A stretch of 64,000 bases of DNA from Deltaproteobacteria bacterium (lineage in GTDB: Bacteria; Desulfobacterota; Binatia; UBA12015): assembly GCA_046583355.1 (NCBI GenBank), contig JAYGCM010000063.1, forward strand, positions 32,001 to 96,000, written 5' to 3'. Every line of letters starts with the position of its first letter. The stretch's first letter is position 1. Position numbers and translations under genes: made by a program. The notes below the pieces were generated by a model that saw nothing but the letters and a program-made list of their open reading frames with translations, ran no database searches and was not told the DNA's origin. Below, piece after piece: positions 31,299 to 40,187 of this stretch.

Positions 31299-31745
31299 TC
31301 AGCTTTCGCTTTCGCTGATGCTGAAGGGGTAGCGGACCTCGAGGTCGAGGATCGCGCGGCCGCGGTCGTCGTGGGTGGCCTGTACCAGGAAGCGGACGAC
31401 AGCCGGATCGAGGTGAACCGGCCAATCGATATCGGAGCGCAGTAGCAGCAGACGGAGCATCGTATCGGTGGCGCCTTCGAGCCCACTACGGTCAACCAGG
31501 TAATGATCGCCGACGAAATCCGGGCCGATATCCGTGAACTGAATAAAGGGGCGGCCATCGGCCAACCTGCCCTGGGGATTTCCCTCTCCCGCCAGACTCT
31601 CGAAAAACCGGAAGAGCGCGAGATCTCCCGACTCCTCCCACTCCATCGAGCTATCGGGCGTGAAATACTCGCCGGGGATGTGGGTAGAAGCCGCAGGAGA
31701 TTCCACCGGCGTACTGACGATTGCTTCCGCATTCGGTAATTTCAT
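31299..31745 (-). CDS. Hypothetical protein
   Basis: ORF with protein-like composition between neighbours; no motif recognised. Confidence 0.55.
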   Translation of the reverse strand: MKLPNAEAIVSTPVESPAASTHIPGEYFTPDSSMEWEESGDLALFRFFESLAGEGNPQGRLADGRPFIQFTDIGPDFVGDHYLVDRSGLEGATDTMLRLLLLRSDIDWPVHLDPAVVRFLVQATHDDRGRAILDLEVRYPFSISESES

Positions 31746-31955
31746 ACCTGCTTGCCGTTGCAATCCAGAGGCCGAAGCAAAGCCCCCAACTTGCTGGCCC
31801 ACAGGCGCAACACCACGCTTCGCCCGCAACATCGCGTTTCCCCGTGCAGCAAATCGTTGCACCGAAGCCGCCGCCAAGCGCCCCATGGACGCTTGACCGG
31901 GTCCGCCAGAGTCCGGCGTGCGCCACGGCCGCCCCGGTCGGGCGGACGCCACGGC

Positions 31956-32381
31956 TCAGTCGGGCGGACTGCGCCGCTCGGCCTTTTTCCGGCCTTGGCG
32001 TTTTTTGGTTTCGAGCCGCCGCTCCCGCGAACCGCGCGAGGGCTTGGTCGGCCGGCGCGGCTTCTCGCGCAGAAGCGCCTTTTGAATCAGCTCGCGCAAT
32101 CGCTCCAGGGCGATCTCTCGGTTTCGGTGTTGACTCCGCTCGCTCTCTACGTGGACCTGCAGAAGTCCGGCCGCCGAGATGCGATGCACCAATTTCGCCA
32201 GCAATCGTCCGCGCAAAAGAGGCGACAAAACCTCGGAATCCTGCACATTCCAGCGCAAGCTCACCCGGCTGCTGGTCTTGTTGACGGCCTGCCCGCCCGC
32301 ACCCGAGGAACGACTGACCAGAAAAGAGAGCTCGCGTCCGGGAATGGTCAACCGACCACTGATCCGCAGGTCGTCAGGCAT
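31956..32381 (-). CDS. arfB: Alternative ribosome rescue peptidyl-tRNA hydrolase ArfB
   Basis: SSGAGGQAVNK, RSQHRNRE, basic C-terminal tail. Confidence 0.93.
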   Translation of the reverse strand: MPDDLRISGRLTIPGRELSFLVSRSSGAGGQAVNKTSSRVSLRWNVQDSEVLSPLLRGRLLAKLVHRISAAGLLQVHVESERSQHRNREIALERLRELIQKALLREKPRRPTKPSRGSRERRLETKKRQGRKKAERRSPPD

Positions 32382-32595
32382 GGCCCCCGACAGTCCCCCG
32401 CTCACCATAACCCGAAACCAATCGCATGGCCCCAACCTCACATTCCACCGCAACGCGAGCAAGCCTCCCGCCGGAACCAACGGGTGCCAATACACCACGG
32501 CAGGAAACCTCGAGCAGCGGATTGGGCCTACCGGACCCGATGCGGCGCCGATGTCTGGAGCTCCGGCCGCTTCGCACCTACGCCGCAGACCGGTT

Positions 32596-33489
32596 ATGGC
32601 TGAAAACATGAGTGAGAAAAGATGGGATGTTCGCGGCAAACGTTGCCTGGTCACCGGCGGAACCTCGGGAATCGGCGAGGCCACGGCGGCAGGCCTTTTG
32701 CGCGCGGGCGCGGAAGTCACCCTGGTGGTGCGCAGCCGCGTCAAAGCCGAGGCCACCCGCGAGAGCCTGCAAAAGAAGACCGGCAATGCTGCCATCGAAA
32801 TCGTGCTTTGCGATTTCGCTTCCTTTGCCTCGATCCGCCGGGCCACGGCCGAGATCCTCGATCGCTATCCGAGGATTGACGTTCTGGTGAACAATGCCGG
32901 CATCGTCAACCTCAAACGCGAAGAGACCCGCGACGGCATTGAGGCCACCTTCGGCGTGAACCATCTGGGATATTTCCTCTTCACCCGACAACTCCTCGAG
33001 CGGCTGCGCGAGTCGGCTCCGAGCCGCATCGTGAATGTCGCCTCGCACGCTCATAAATTCTCCAAGATTGACTTTGACGATCTGCAGGCCGAGAAGAATT
33101 GGGGCAGCATGGCTGCCTACGGACGCTCCAAGGGTTGCAATATTCTCTTCACCCGCGAACTCGCCCGCCTCCTCGACGGCTCCGGCGTCACCGCCAACGC
33201 CCTACACCCCGGCGGCGTCAGCACCGGCCTCGGCTCGAATAATCAGGGCCTCCTTGCGAGCCTCATCCAACCGATCGCCATGCTCTTCATGAAAAGCGCG
33301 GCGAAGGGTGCGCGCACATCGATCTATTTGGCGACCTCAGACGAAGTCAGCGGCAAAAGCGGCGGCTATTTCGCCAATTGCCGCGAGGCCAGCTCCAGCC
33401 CACAAACCCAGGACGATGCACTGGCCCGGCGCCTCTGGGCCATCAGCGAAGAACTCTGCGCGTTGGAAGCCACCGCAACCAGCGCCTGA
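32596..33489 (+). CDS. SDR oxidoreductase (retinol-dehydrogenase-like)
   Basis: TGGTSGIG, NNAG, YGRSK, LHPG. Confidence 0.92.
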   Translation: MAENMSEKRWDVRGKRCLVTGGTSGIGEATAAGLLRAGAEVTLVVRSRVKAEATRESLQKKTGNAAIEIVLCDFASFASIRRATAEILDRYPRIDVLVNNAGIVNLKREETRDGIEATFGVNHLGYFLFTRQLLERLRESAPSRIVNVASHAHKFSKIDFDDLQAEKNWGSMAAYGRSKGCNILFTRELARLLDGSGVTANALHPGGVSTGLGSNNQGLLASLIQPIAMLFMKSAAKGARTSIYLATSDEVSGKSGGYFANCREASSSPQTQDDALARRLWAISEELCALEATATSA

Positions 33490-33544
33490 TAATGATTGAA
33501 AGGGACCCGCTCGGCATCCGGTCCGGGTCGTAGCACGATCCTGT

Positions 33545-33655
33545 CGCGGCGAGGGGCCCGGTGCGAAAGCCGGGCTCGGCGAGGTCGTCATCGACATCAA
33601 GCAGGAGGCCGTGCGTAAACGTCTGGGCATTGTTCACGAGGATGTCGACCGTGCC
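33545..33655 (-). pseudogene. Internal fragment of an SDR gene
   Basis: GTVDILVNNAQTFTHGLLLDVDDDLAEPGFRTGPLAA without flanking SDR sequence. Confidence 0.6.
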
Positions 33656-33767
33656 TGCGTTGCTGATGTCCAACCCGGATTTTGATTCACCCGCGATATC
33701 TGGCCACCCGCGGCGGCGTAATCGGTCGCCCAATCAGCATCAGGTAACGACCGCCCCCCTCCAGTCA

Positions 33768-33791
33768 CGTTATGGGCTGCATGACAATGAC
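33768..33791 (+). repeat. Conserved 24-bp motif, copy 1
   Basis: CGTTATGGGCTGCATGACAATGAC; 23/24 identical to 37720-37743. Confidence 0.75.
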
Positions 33792-33880
33792 CGAGGGCGA
33801 TCTCCGTGCTCGACTGGCTATCTGTCAGCCAACGTCGCAGCGGCGCCGGCAAGGGACCGCGCGCCAGGAGGGGATCTCGA

Positions 33881-34351
33881 ATGAGGACACACGAAGAACC
33901 AACCGAGCCGAATCTCTACACCGCCGATGTGGGAGCATTTCGTATGTGGATCAAGGTCGGCAGGGAAAATCCCCTGCTCGGCCCGATGATTGACGAAATC
34001 TTCGGCAAACCGACCGAGTGGGCCTGGATCAGCGCCTGGACCGGCTTTCATTGCGGGGAAGGCCCGACTCTCGAAGAACGTGAGCGGCACGCCGCGCTTC
34101 TGCGCGCGACCGACCGCTACAGCTACTTGCCGGGCTGCGCGATCGGCCCGATAAAAGACCCGGAGAGCTTCCCCACCAAGGAGGGGCTCTTCATCATGGG
34201 CATCCCCGCAGCCAAGGCACTCGCCCTCGCCCGCCGCTTCCGCCAGCGCGAGGTGATCGTCGGCCGCCCCGGCGGCACACCCATCCGGCTGGCGTGCGAC
34301 GCGGCAACATTCCCCGCCGAACTCGGTATCCCGCTTGCCGCATTCGCCTGA
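33881..34351 (+). CDS. DUF3293-like protein, diverged paralog 1
   Basis: RBS AGGAGG; WAWISAW...LFIMGI..KALALARRFRQREVIVG...RLAC aligns by eye with 39732-40178. Confidence 0.75.
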   Translation: MRTHEEPTEPNLYTADVGAFRMWIKVGRENPLLGPMIDEIFGKPTEWAWISAWTGFHCGEGPTLEERERHAALLRATDRYSYLPGCAIGPIKDPESFPTKEGLFIMGIPAAKALALARRFRQREVIVGRPGGTPIRLACDAATFPAELGIPLAAFA

Positions 34352-34434
34352 CCCTGCCAGCGAGCATGACCAGGACCCAGCTGCGGACAACAACCAGGAA
34401 GCGCCAGACGTGGAATTTCCCACCAAGCCGACCA

Positions 34435-34472
34435 TTGCGTTGCGAACTCAATGCAGGCAAAATGCAGGCATG
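34435..34472 (+). promoter_or_regulatory. vapBC promoter/operator
   Basis: Direct repeat ATGCAGGCA x2 running into the start codon; no RBS, so possibly leaderless. Confidence 0.5.
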
Positions 34473-34706
34473 ACCATCCAGCTGACGATTCGCGAGGTTC
34501 CCGAAGCTGTACGCAACGAGCTCGCCGCTCGAGCGGCTCGTGAAGGGAGGTCGATGCAGGAATACCTCAAGCGAGAGCTCGAGAGGCTGGCGTCACGGCC
34601 AACTACGGCGGACTGGATTGCCCGGGTTCGCGAGCGCAAGACGGCGTCCGGAACACGGCTTCGCACCCGCGATATCCTGAGCGCGCGCGCTCAGGACAAG
34701 AGATGA
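34470..34706 (+). CDS. FitA/VapB-like ribbon-helix-helix antitoxin
   Basis: MTIQLTIREVPEAVRNELAARAAREGRSMQEYL; ATGA overlap with toxin. Confidence 0.88.
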   Translation: MTIQLTIREVPEAVRNELAARAAREGRSMQEYLKRELERLASRPTTADWIARVRERKTASGTRLRTRDILSARAQDKR

Positions 34707-35104
34707 GCCTGATTCTCGACTCATCTGTTCTGGTAGCGGCGCTGAGCGACCGGGGTCAGGTTGGTGAGTGGGCCGAGGCCCTGATCCTCAAAGAAGATCT
34801 GTTCGCGCCCCACATCATGCTGGCCGAGGCCACCAATATCCTGCGCCGCCTCGAAGCCCGCTCCATCCTCGGTCGCCTTGAGGCCACCTCGGCACACCGC
34901 GACGCACTAAGCCTCGGTATCGAGTTTCTCGACTTCGCGCCTCTTGCCGACCGGATCTGGGAACTTCGCGCCAACCTCACGGCCTACGACGCCTGGTACG
35001 TAGCGGCGGCCGAATCCCTGGGCCTGCCTCTGGCGACACTGGACCAGAGACTCGCTCGTGCAACCGGGCCGCGCTGCAAATTTCACCTGCCGCCGCACAG
35101 CTGA
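34703..35104 (+). CDS. vapC: PIN-domain toxin VapC
   Basis: LILDSS, AEATN, LTAYDAWY, LATLDQRL. Confidence 0.92.
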   Translation: MSLILDSSVLVAALSDRGQVGEWAEALILKEDLFAPHIMLAEATNILRRLEARSILGRLEATSAHRDALSLGIEFLDFAPLADRIWELRANLTAYDAWYVAAAESLGLPLATLDQRLARATGPRCKFHLPPHS

Positions 35105-35177
35105 GCATCCCACAAGGACCTGACGACGAGCGGCGCAATCCCTCGACCGCGTTGCTGGTGTCCGCTAGAGGTCGGAT

Positions 35178-35786
35178 ATGGCAACTGGAACTTCTTTCAA
35201 TCGTCCGGCCCATGGGGCTGCGTTTTCGGATGCTGACGAGCGCTGGGGTCCCCTCCAGAAGCTCGCCGGCCAATGGTCCAGCGACAAGGGCCGCGACTTC
35301 TCCTACTCTTACTCAAAAAAGAAGGACATCGAGAATCTCTACCGTGAAGAGATCACCTTTGATCCCTTCGGCCCGGTCGACAACGGCAAGCAGTCGCTCT
35401 TCGGCCTCGACTACCGCATGAAAGCCTGGCGCCTTGGCGCTGACGATTTCTTCCATATGGAAGTCGGCTACTGGCTCTTCGACGCCGAAGCGGGCCTCAT
35501 TCACCGCTGCTTCATGGTGCCCCGCACGACCACCATCGTGGCCATCGGCGAAGCCTCGGCCGACTCCACGAGCTTCAAGCTCACCGCCAAGCAAGGCTCG
35601 CCGACCAACGGCATCCTCTCGAACGCCTACCTCTACGACGGCGCCGCCCGCTCCGTCTCCTACGAGCTCGACGTCGACCTCTCCGGCGGAAAATACGCCT
35701 ACAAAGAAAACCTCGTCATGGAAATGGCGGCCCACGACGGCGCCGAAATGCACCACACCGACGAAAACACCCTCGAAAAAATCTAA
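35178..35786 (+). CDS. Nitrobindin/FABP-like heme-binding beta-barrel protein
   Basis: LAGQW, Y.EEITF, Q.LFGLDY, FHMEVGYWL, C-terminal HHTDENTL. Confidence 0.8.
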   Translation: MATGTSFNRPAHGAAFSDADERWGPLQKLAGQWSSDKGRDFSYSYSKKKDIENLYREEITFDPFGPVDNGKQSLFGLDYRMKAWRLGADDFFHMEVGYWLFDAEAGLIHRCFMVPRTTTIVAIGEASADSTSFKLTAKQGSPTNGILSNAYLYDGAARSVSYELDVDLSGGKYAYKENLVMEMAAHDGAEMHHTDENTLEKI

Positions 35787-35894
35787 CCCTTCGGTACGCG
35801 TCCCCTTCCCGCATCTGCTGTGGAGAACCATAATTCGCTAGAGTCCGGTCGACGCGATAGCGTCGACCGGAGCTACGATATCAAGGAGACTTCG

Positions 35895-36338
35895 ATGGCA
35901 GACAAATCAAATAACGCGGGTGGCTGTGTGATTCCGAGCTTCAAATACAAGGATGCGCCGAGCGCCATCACCTGGCTCGGCCGCGCATTCGGCTTCAAGG
36001 AGACGCTGGTCGTCCCCGGCGAAGACGGCACCATTGCGCATGCACAGCTGGTCTTCGGCGGCGGGATGATCATGCTCAGTTCGCCGGATGCACACGGCGC
36101 CGGCAACCCCTACGACGAGATCGTACGCCCTCCTGCGGACCTCGGCGGAAGGGTCTCGGGCAGCGTTTATATCGTCGTTACCGACGCCGATGCCCACTAC
36201 GCCCGCGCGCTAGCCGCGGGTGCCGAGATGATCGGCGAAGTCGAAGACGCTGAGTACGGCGGCCGCGGCTATAGCTGCCGCGATCCCGAGGGCTATTTCT
36301 GGAGCTTCGGCACCTACGATCCGCTAGCGGGCGACTGA
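35895..36338 (+). CDS. VOC/glyoxalase (bleomycin-resistance-like) protein
   Basis: HAQLVFG, YGGRGYSCRDPEGYFWSFG. Confidence 0.9.
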   Translation: MADKSNNAGGCVIPSFKYKDAPSAITWLGRAFGFKETLVVPGEDGTIAHAQLVFGGGMIMLSSPDAHGAGNPYDEIVRPPADLGGRVSGSVYIVVTDADAHYARALAAGAEMIGEVEDAEYGGRGYSCRDPEGYFWSFGTYDPLAGD

Positions 36339-36976
36339 CCGTCGCGACGCCTTACTGCCACACGGCGATGCGGCAGAAACCGCAGGGCAGCCGCAGGCAG
36401 AAGGATGGTCATCACGGCTATATTTGAGGCCCTGCCGACCAACGCCTCGGGAATGAGCGTCTGGGCCAACACGATCCAGATCAACCAGCTCCCGTACCAA
36501 TGCAGCCGTCCCCATGCCTTGGGGCCCAGGGCCCGCAACGCCCTGTCGCTGGACGTAGCGGCCATGGCAAACATGAAGACGTAGGCGAGCCCGCCGCCGA
36601 GGATCGTGACAAGATCGAGCCCGCGCCGAAAGGGCTCCGGATAGAGGACGCCCAAGGCAACCAGCGCACCGAGGTGAAGGGTCTGGGACCAAGCGAACGA
36701 CACGCCGAATATCCGGCGGTTGCGGCGCAACCATAGGGTTGTGCGCGTGCGCCGCAGCCGCAAAAGGGCCGAGGCCGCAAACGCGAACGCGAAAAGAACA
36801 GCCGAGACCTTGCCACTCGTGCGGATCATCCGGCGCAAGCTCTCCTCGGTATCGGGCAGAACCAATGCGAGATACACGCCGGTGAGAAGCGCGGCGAGCA
36901 CGAAGAACAAGGGCCATCCCTCAGGCGGCCAACCCGCTCGGCCGCGACCACTGCTGCGATTTTCCTGACTACCCAT
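36314..36976 (-). CDS. Ferric-reductase-like / MsrQ-like membrane protein
   Basis: RNRRIFGVSFA...LH, TSSD...LG...WGRLH. Confidence 0.78.
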   Translation of the reverse strand: MGSQENRSSGRGRAGWPPEGWPLFFVLAALLTGVYLALVLPDTEESLRRMIRTSGKVSAVLFAFAFAASALLRLRRTRTTLWLRRNRRIFGVSFAWSQTLHLGALVALGVLYPEPFRRGLDLVTILGGGLAYVFMFAMAATSSDRALRALGPKAWGRLHWYGSWLIWIVLAQTLIPEALVGRASNIAVMTILLPAAALRFLPHRRVAVRRRDGQSPASGS

Positions 36977-37087
36977 CCCTCATCCTTCTACCCCAACGCG
37001 CTTGCCGCATCCACGCCTACCGCGGCCATAGGCGCGACCGATTGACCTGCGCGTCAAAATCGCGATGGTGGCGTCAGGGAGATCACC

Positions 37088-37528
37088 ATGCAGACAGCAC
37101 AACGAAAACGGAGCCTGCTCTTTGGCGGAGCCTTGCTGATTTTGATCGGGCTTTTTGCCGGCGTGGCCGTGCCGGCCATGGCGACAGCCCGCCTGGGCCT
37201 CGCCGCGCACCTGGCCGGGGTACAAGGCGGGCTTCTCGTCATGGTGGTGGCCTTTGCCTGGCCGCATTTGGCTCTGGATGAACGAGCAGAGCGGATCGCC
37301 TTTGGCGCCACTCTCTTTTCCAACTATGGGCTCTACGGGGCGCTTCAACTGGCCGCCGTTTTCGGCACCAGTCGCGCGACGCCGATTGCCGGTGCCGGCA
37401 GCTCGGGCAGCCTCTGGCAGGAGGCGCTGGTGGAGGGCCTGCTCTATATCGGCGCCATCTCTGCGATCGTGGCACTCGGGCTCATCGTCTGGGGTCTACG
37501 GCCGGGCACGAAGCCACAGGCCGCCTGA
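37088..37528 (+). CDS. Styrene-oxide-isomerase (StyC)-like membrane protein
   Basis: Four TM; RLGLAAHLAG, LAAVFGT...TPIAG, WQE. Confidence 0.6.
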   Translation: MQTAQRKRSLLFGGALLILIGLFAGVAVPAMATARLGLAAHLAGVQGGLLVMVVAFAWPHLALDERAERIAFGATLFSNYGLYGALQLAAVFGTSRATPIAGAGSSGSLWQEALVEGLLYIGAISAIVALGLIVWGLRPGTKPQAA

Positions 37529-37719
37529 CCAGGCTTCGGGACGGCCCGAAAGGCCCCCCTGCCCTCGGCAAGGGAAGCCACCTGCCAGAGTTGCCGAGGA
37601 CATATCTTCCGAGCCTGCTGTGAATCCGGGCCGACTGCAGTGCCTATTTGCTCTCCTATCTCGATTTGGACAGGCCCTCTCCGAGCAGACCCCGGCCGGA
37701 GAATTCGTATGCAGTGCGT

Positions 37720-37743
37720 CGTTATGGCCTGCATGACAATGAC
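37720..37743 (+). repeat. Conserved 24-bp motif, copy 2
   Basis: CGTTATGGCCTGCATGACAATGAC, about 80 nt before paralog 2. Confidence 0.75.
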
Positions 37744-37822
37744 AGCCTGCGCGAAGCTTGCTCTGTTCATTCTTCCCGAAACCGCACCGTCGCCCGACGG
37801 AGCCTCAATCAGGAGAGAGAAT

Positions 37823-38299
37823 ATGCTCGCCAGCCTTAGCGGGGGAATCCCCGTCAGCTATCACGTTCACCTCGGCAACGCCGCGTTCTTCCTGGCCCCC
37901 GGCATGCCGAACCAATATTTCGACCTGGTTGCCAAGGCCGCTGTCGAAGACCGCGGCTCCTGGGCCTGGCTGACCGCGTGGCCCGAACCGTGCGGCGAGA
38001 AAGGTCCCACCCCTCGCTACGAAGCTCTCCATGCCGAGCTCGTCCGCGAAACCGCCGACTTCGTCTGTTTTGACGCCGACCGTATCGAGAAATCCGACCA
38101 CGACGAATTCGCTCACATCCAGGTGGGCCTGGTCGTGCTCGGCATGCGCGCCGAAGAAGCCATCGCACTCGCACGCCGCTTCCGCCAACACGAAATATTG
38201 GTCGGCAACTACGGCAATCCGCCCATCCTGATCTCTTGCACTGCCAAGAAGGCCGGCCGCGCCGAGCGCCGCCGCCAGAAACTGCGAGTCGTGCCATAG
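37823..38299 (+). CDS. DUF3293-like protein, diverged paralog 2
   Basis: RBS AGGAG; WAWLTAW...LVVLGM..EAIALARRFRQHEILVG...LISC. Confidence 0.75.
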   Translation: MLASLSGGIPVSYHVHLGNAAFFLAPGMPNQYFDLVAKAAVEDRGSWAWLTAWPEPCGEKGPTPRYEALHAELVRETADFVCFDADRIEKSDHDEFAHIQVGLVVLGMRAEEAIALARRFRQHEILVGNYGNPPILISCTAKKAGRAERRRQKLRVVP

Positions 38300-38597
38300 G
38301 AGTCCAGCCGGAAAGTCAGGCGTGACCCGATGCGACGGCGCGGCGGCCTTCCGTCGGACGCAATCCGTGACAGAATCGCGAGTGCGCAACGCACGTCGTC
38401 ACCTTGCCCTGAAAATTCGTCGGTGAGTGGTGATATTTCAAGGTATGATCAGGCGGCAGGCTCGGGGAGCCGGCCCAGGAGATAACAAAATCGTGAACCG
38501 GCAACGCACGCCACCGGCTGCAGGCGTATTGCTGCAGGAGCCGAAGGATAGCATCGACGGCGAACGATGAGACGGCTTACCCGCTCCAGGCAGATGT

Positions 38598-38750
38598 ATG
38601 AAAAACGAATTCGAAGAAGAAGAACAGTACATCATGATGGAGGATTGGAGCAAAAGCGGCGGATGCCTTCTGGTAGTCGTTCTCCTCGCCAGCCTCCTCG
38701 CTGCCGGCGTTGTTGCGCTGGCCATGGTCGAGGCGGGAGCCGCCGGGTGA
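38598..38750 (+). CDS. Small single-TM protein (50 aa)
   Basis: Manual translation MKNEFEEEEQYIMMEDWSKSGGCLLVVVLLASLLAAGVVALAMVEAGAAG. Confidence 0.5.
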   Translation: MKNEFEEEEQYIMMEDWSKSGGCLLVVVLLASLLAAGVVALAMVEAGAAG

Positions 38751-38950
38751 GCCGCTCTCCTCCGTAATCCAAGGCCCGTCTACCCGCGGTGTCGAGTGGT
38801 CACGACACGGTCGCGGCCGTGCATTTCGGGGACTCGTGATCATCCAGCGGTCGACCAAGGATCCGCCGGCCCCAATCCCTCGAGCGGCAGCGCGAATCTC
38901 TCTTCCTCCCGCGCCGCGATTGCCCTGCTGTCTCCGTCCGTCCCTCAGCC

Positions 38951-38982
38951 GGACAACCCTTGTCTACGCACCGCTCTATGTT
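38951..38982 (+). promoter_or_regulatory. Candidate WYL-activated promoter
   Basis: GACA-ACCCT-TGTC palindrome; TGTCTA-N10-TATGTT geometry. Confidence 0.6.
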
Positions 38983-39030
38983 GTTCGCGAACGGGTCGGA
39001 TGGACCACGTTGGACGAGGGAGGAAGAACC

Positions 39031-39246
39031 ATGTTCGCAAGGCTGCGAGAGAAGCTGATGGGTGCGGAGACCATCCCGAGATTCGTCTGGGAGCTTCCGA
39101 GGGCGGATCTCGTCCGGCGATGGGGACAGCAAGGAATGGTGCCCTCTTGTTCGCACTCGGAACTGGAGGCACTCGCCGCGGTCTGGCTCCCTCAAGAGCG
39201 TCATCTGGCGCGTTGGCGCGAGCCTGGAGTGACAACAACCGCTTGA
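39031..39246 (+). CDS. Small hypothetical protein (71 aa)
   Basis: Strong RBS GAGGGAGG; MFARLREKLMG... Confidence 0.55.
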   Translation: MFARLREKLMGAETIPRFVWELPRADLVRRWGQQGMVPSCSHSELEALAAVWLPQERHLARWREPGVTTTA

Positions 39247-39310
39247 TAGTCAAGGATAATATATTATGAACTCCGAGAACCATCCCCGCGGGAAATCCCT
39301 CTTGATCAGC

Positions 39311-39490
39311 ATGGGCCACCCGCGTTTGCCCAGTACCGCGACGCTAGCCTGTCTTGTCATCTCCGGACTCTGTTGCACACTCAGCGCCTGCGGCATCTGT
39401 AGCGATACGATCGATTGTTACAGCTACGACGGCGGGGAAACGCGCTGCTACGACAACCGCTGCGATACAGCAGCCGAAAGCGAGGGCTGA
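39311..39490 (+). CDS. Small Cys-rich putative lipoprotein
   Basis: Hydrophobic stretch, LSAC lipobox, four further Cys; alternative start 39266. Confidence 0.5.
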   Translation: MGHPRLPSTATLACLVISGLCCTLSACGICSDTIDCYSYDGGETRCYDNRCDTAAESEG

Positions 39491-39493
39491 GTA

Positions 39494-39646
39494 ATGGCAC
39501 GACGTAGTGAAATGGATCGCATTGTTCGCGAGCACGATATGTCGGCGCTCGTGGTACTGGGCGCTCTCATCCTGATGGGGCTCTGGCCGGTGGCGCTCTT
39601 GTTCGTGTTCTTCGGGTTCATCGCGTCTATGCTCGACCCGGACTGA
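39494..39646 (+). CDS. Small hydrophobic membrane protein (50 aa)
   Basis: MARRSEMDRIVREHDMSALVVLGALILMGLWPVALLFVFFGFIASMLDPD; starts 3 nt after the previous stop. Confidence 0.55.
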   Translation: MARRSEMDRIVREHDMSALVVLGALILMGLWPVALLFVFFGFIASMLDPD

Positions 39647-39731
39647 CCAGGCCCGGCTCGCACTGGTCTGCGACCGAATTGCACAGGCGGAATTTCGGCT
39701 TCAAGAATGCCCGTGCGCAAGCTCGCCCGCC

Positions 39732-40178
39732 TCAGCACCAGACCAACTCCGCCGCCATGCCGCGCGTACCCACCACTACCGCCAGCTGCCCAAACCGCCG
39801 CCCGACCTCCACGGCCTCCGCCCGACCAATTCCGAGCACCAGCAAGCTCTGCTCTGCAGGATGGTCGCTTCCCTCCTCCGCCAGCCCCGCTCCCTCATGG
39901 CAGCGAAACCCGGCACACGCGCGCCGCAGTTCCTCGCCGCGGGCCAGATTCTCGGGCGTGCGCCCGGCCACTCCGCCCTGTGGGTTCCAGCCCGTGAGGA
40001 AGGCCCAAGTAGTAGCGGCGGTCTCCTCCAGTAGGAAATCAAGCGCGGCATTGCGCCGGCCGATGCGGATGTCGATTTCTCTCGCCGCCAGCGACACCCG
40101 GTAGGTCGTTGCCGCAAACGCAGCCGCAAGCGCCGGGTCGGCGGGGTGCGCGGGAGCCCTCTCCCTGCCGCCCGCCAT
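39732..40178 (-). CDS. DUF3293 family protein, canonical copy
   Basis: AF..TTYRV, WAFLTGWNP, EN, EQSLLVLG...GRRFGQLAV. Confidence 0.85.
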   Translation of the reverse strand: MAGGRERAPAHPADPALAAAFAATTYRVSLAAREIDIRIGRRNAALDFLLEETAATTWAFLTGWNPQGGVAGRTPENLARGEELRRACAGFRCHEGAGLAEEGSDHPAEQSLLVLGIGRAEAVEVGRRFGQLAVVVGTRGMAAELVWC

Positions 40179-40187
40179 CAGCGTCGC

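Noticed and set aside
38493..38750. GTG-started frame with an RBS, interrupted by an in-frame TGA at 38568 and continuing into the 50-aa membrane ORF (possible Sec or readthrough)
   Set aside because: No SECIS-like hairpin or redox motif recognised; chance or decay is more likely
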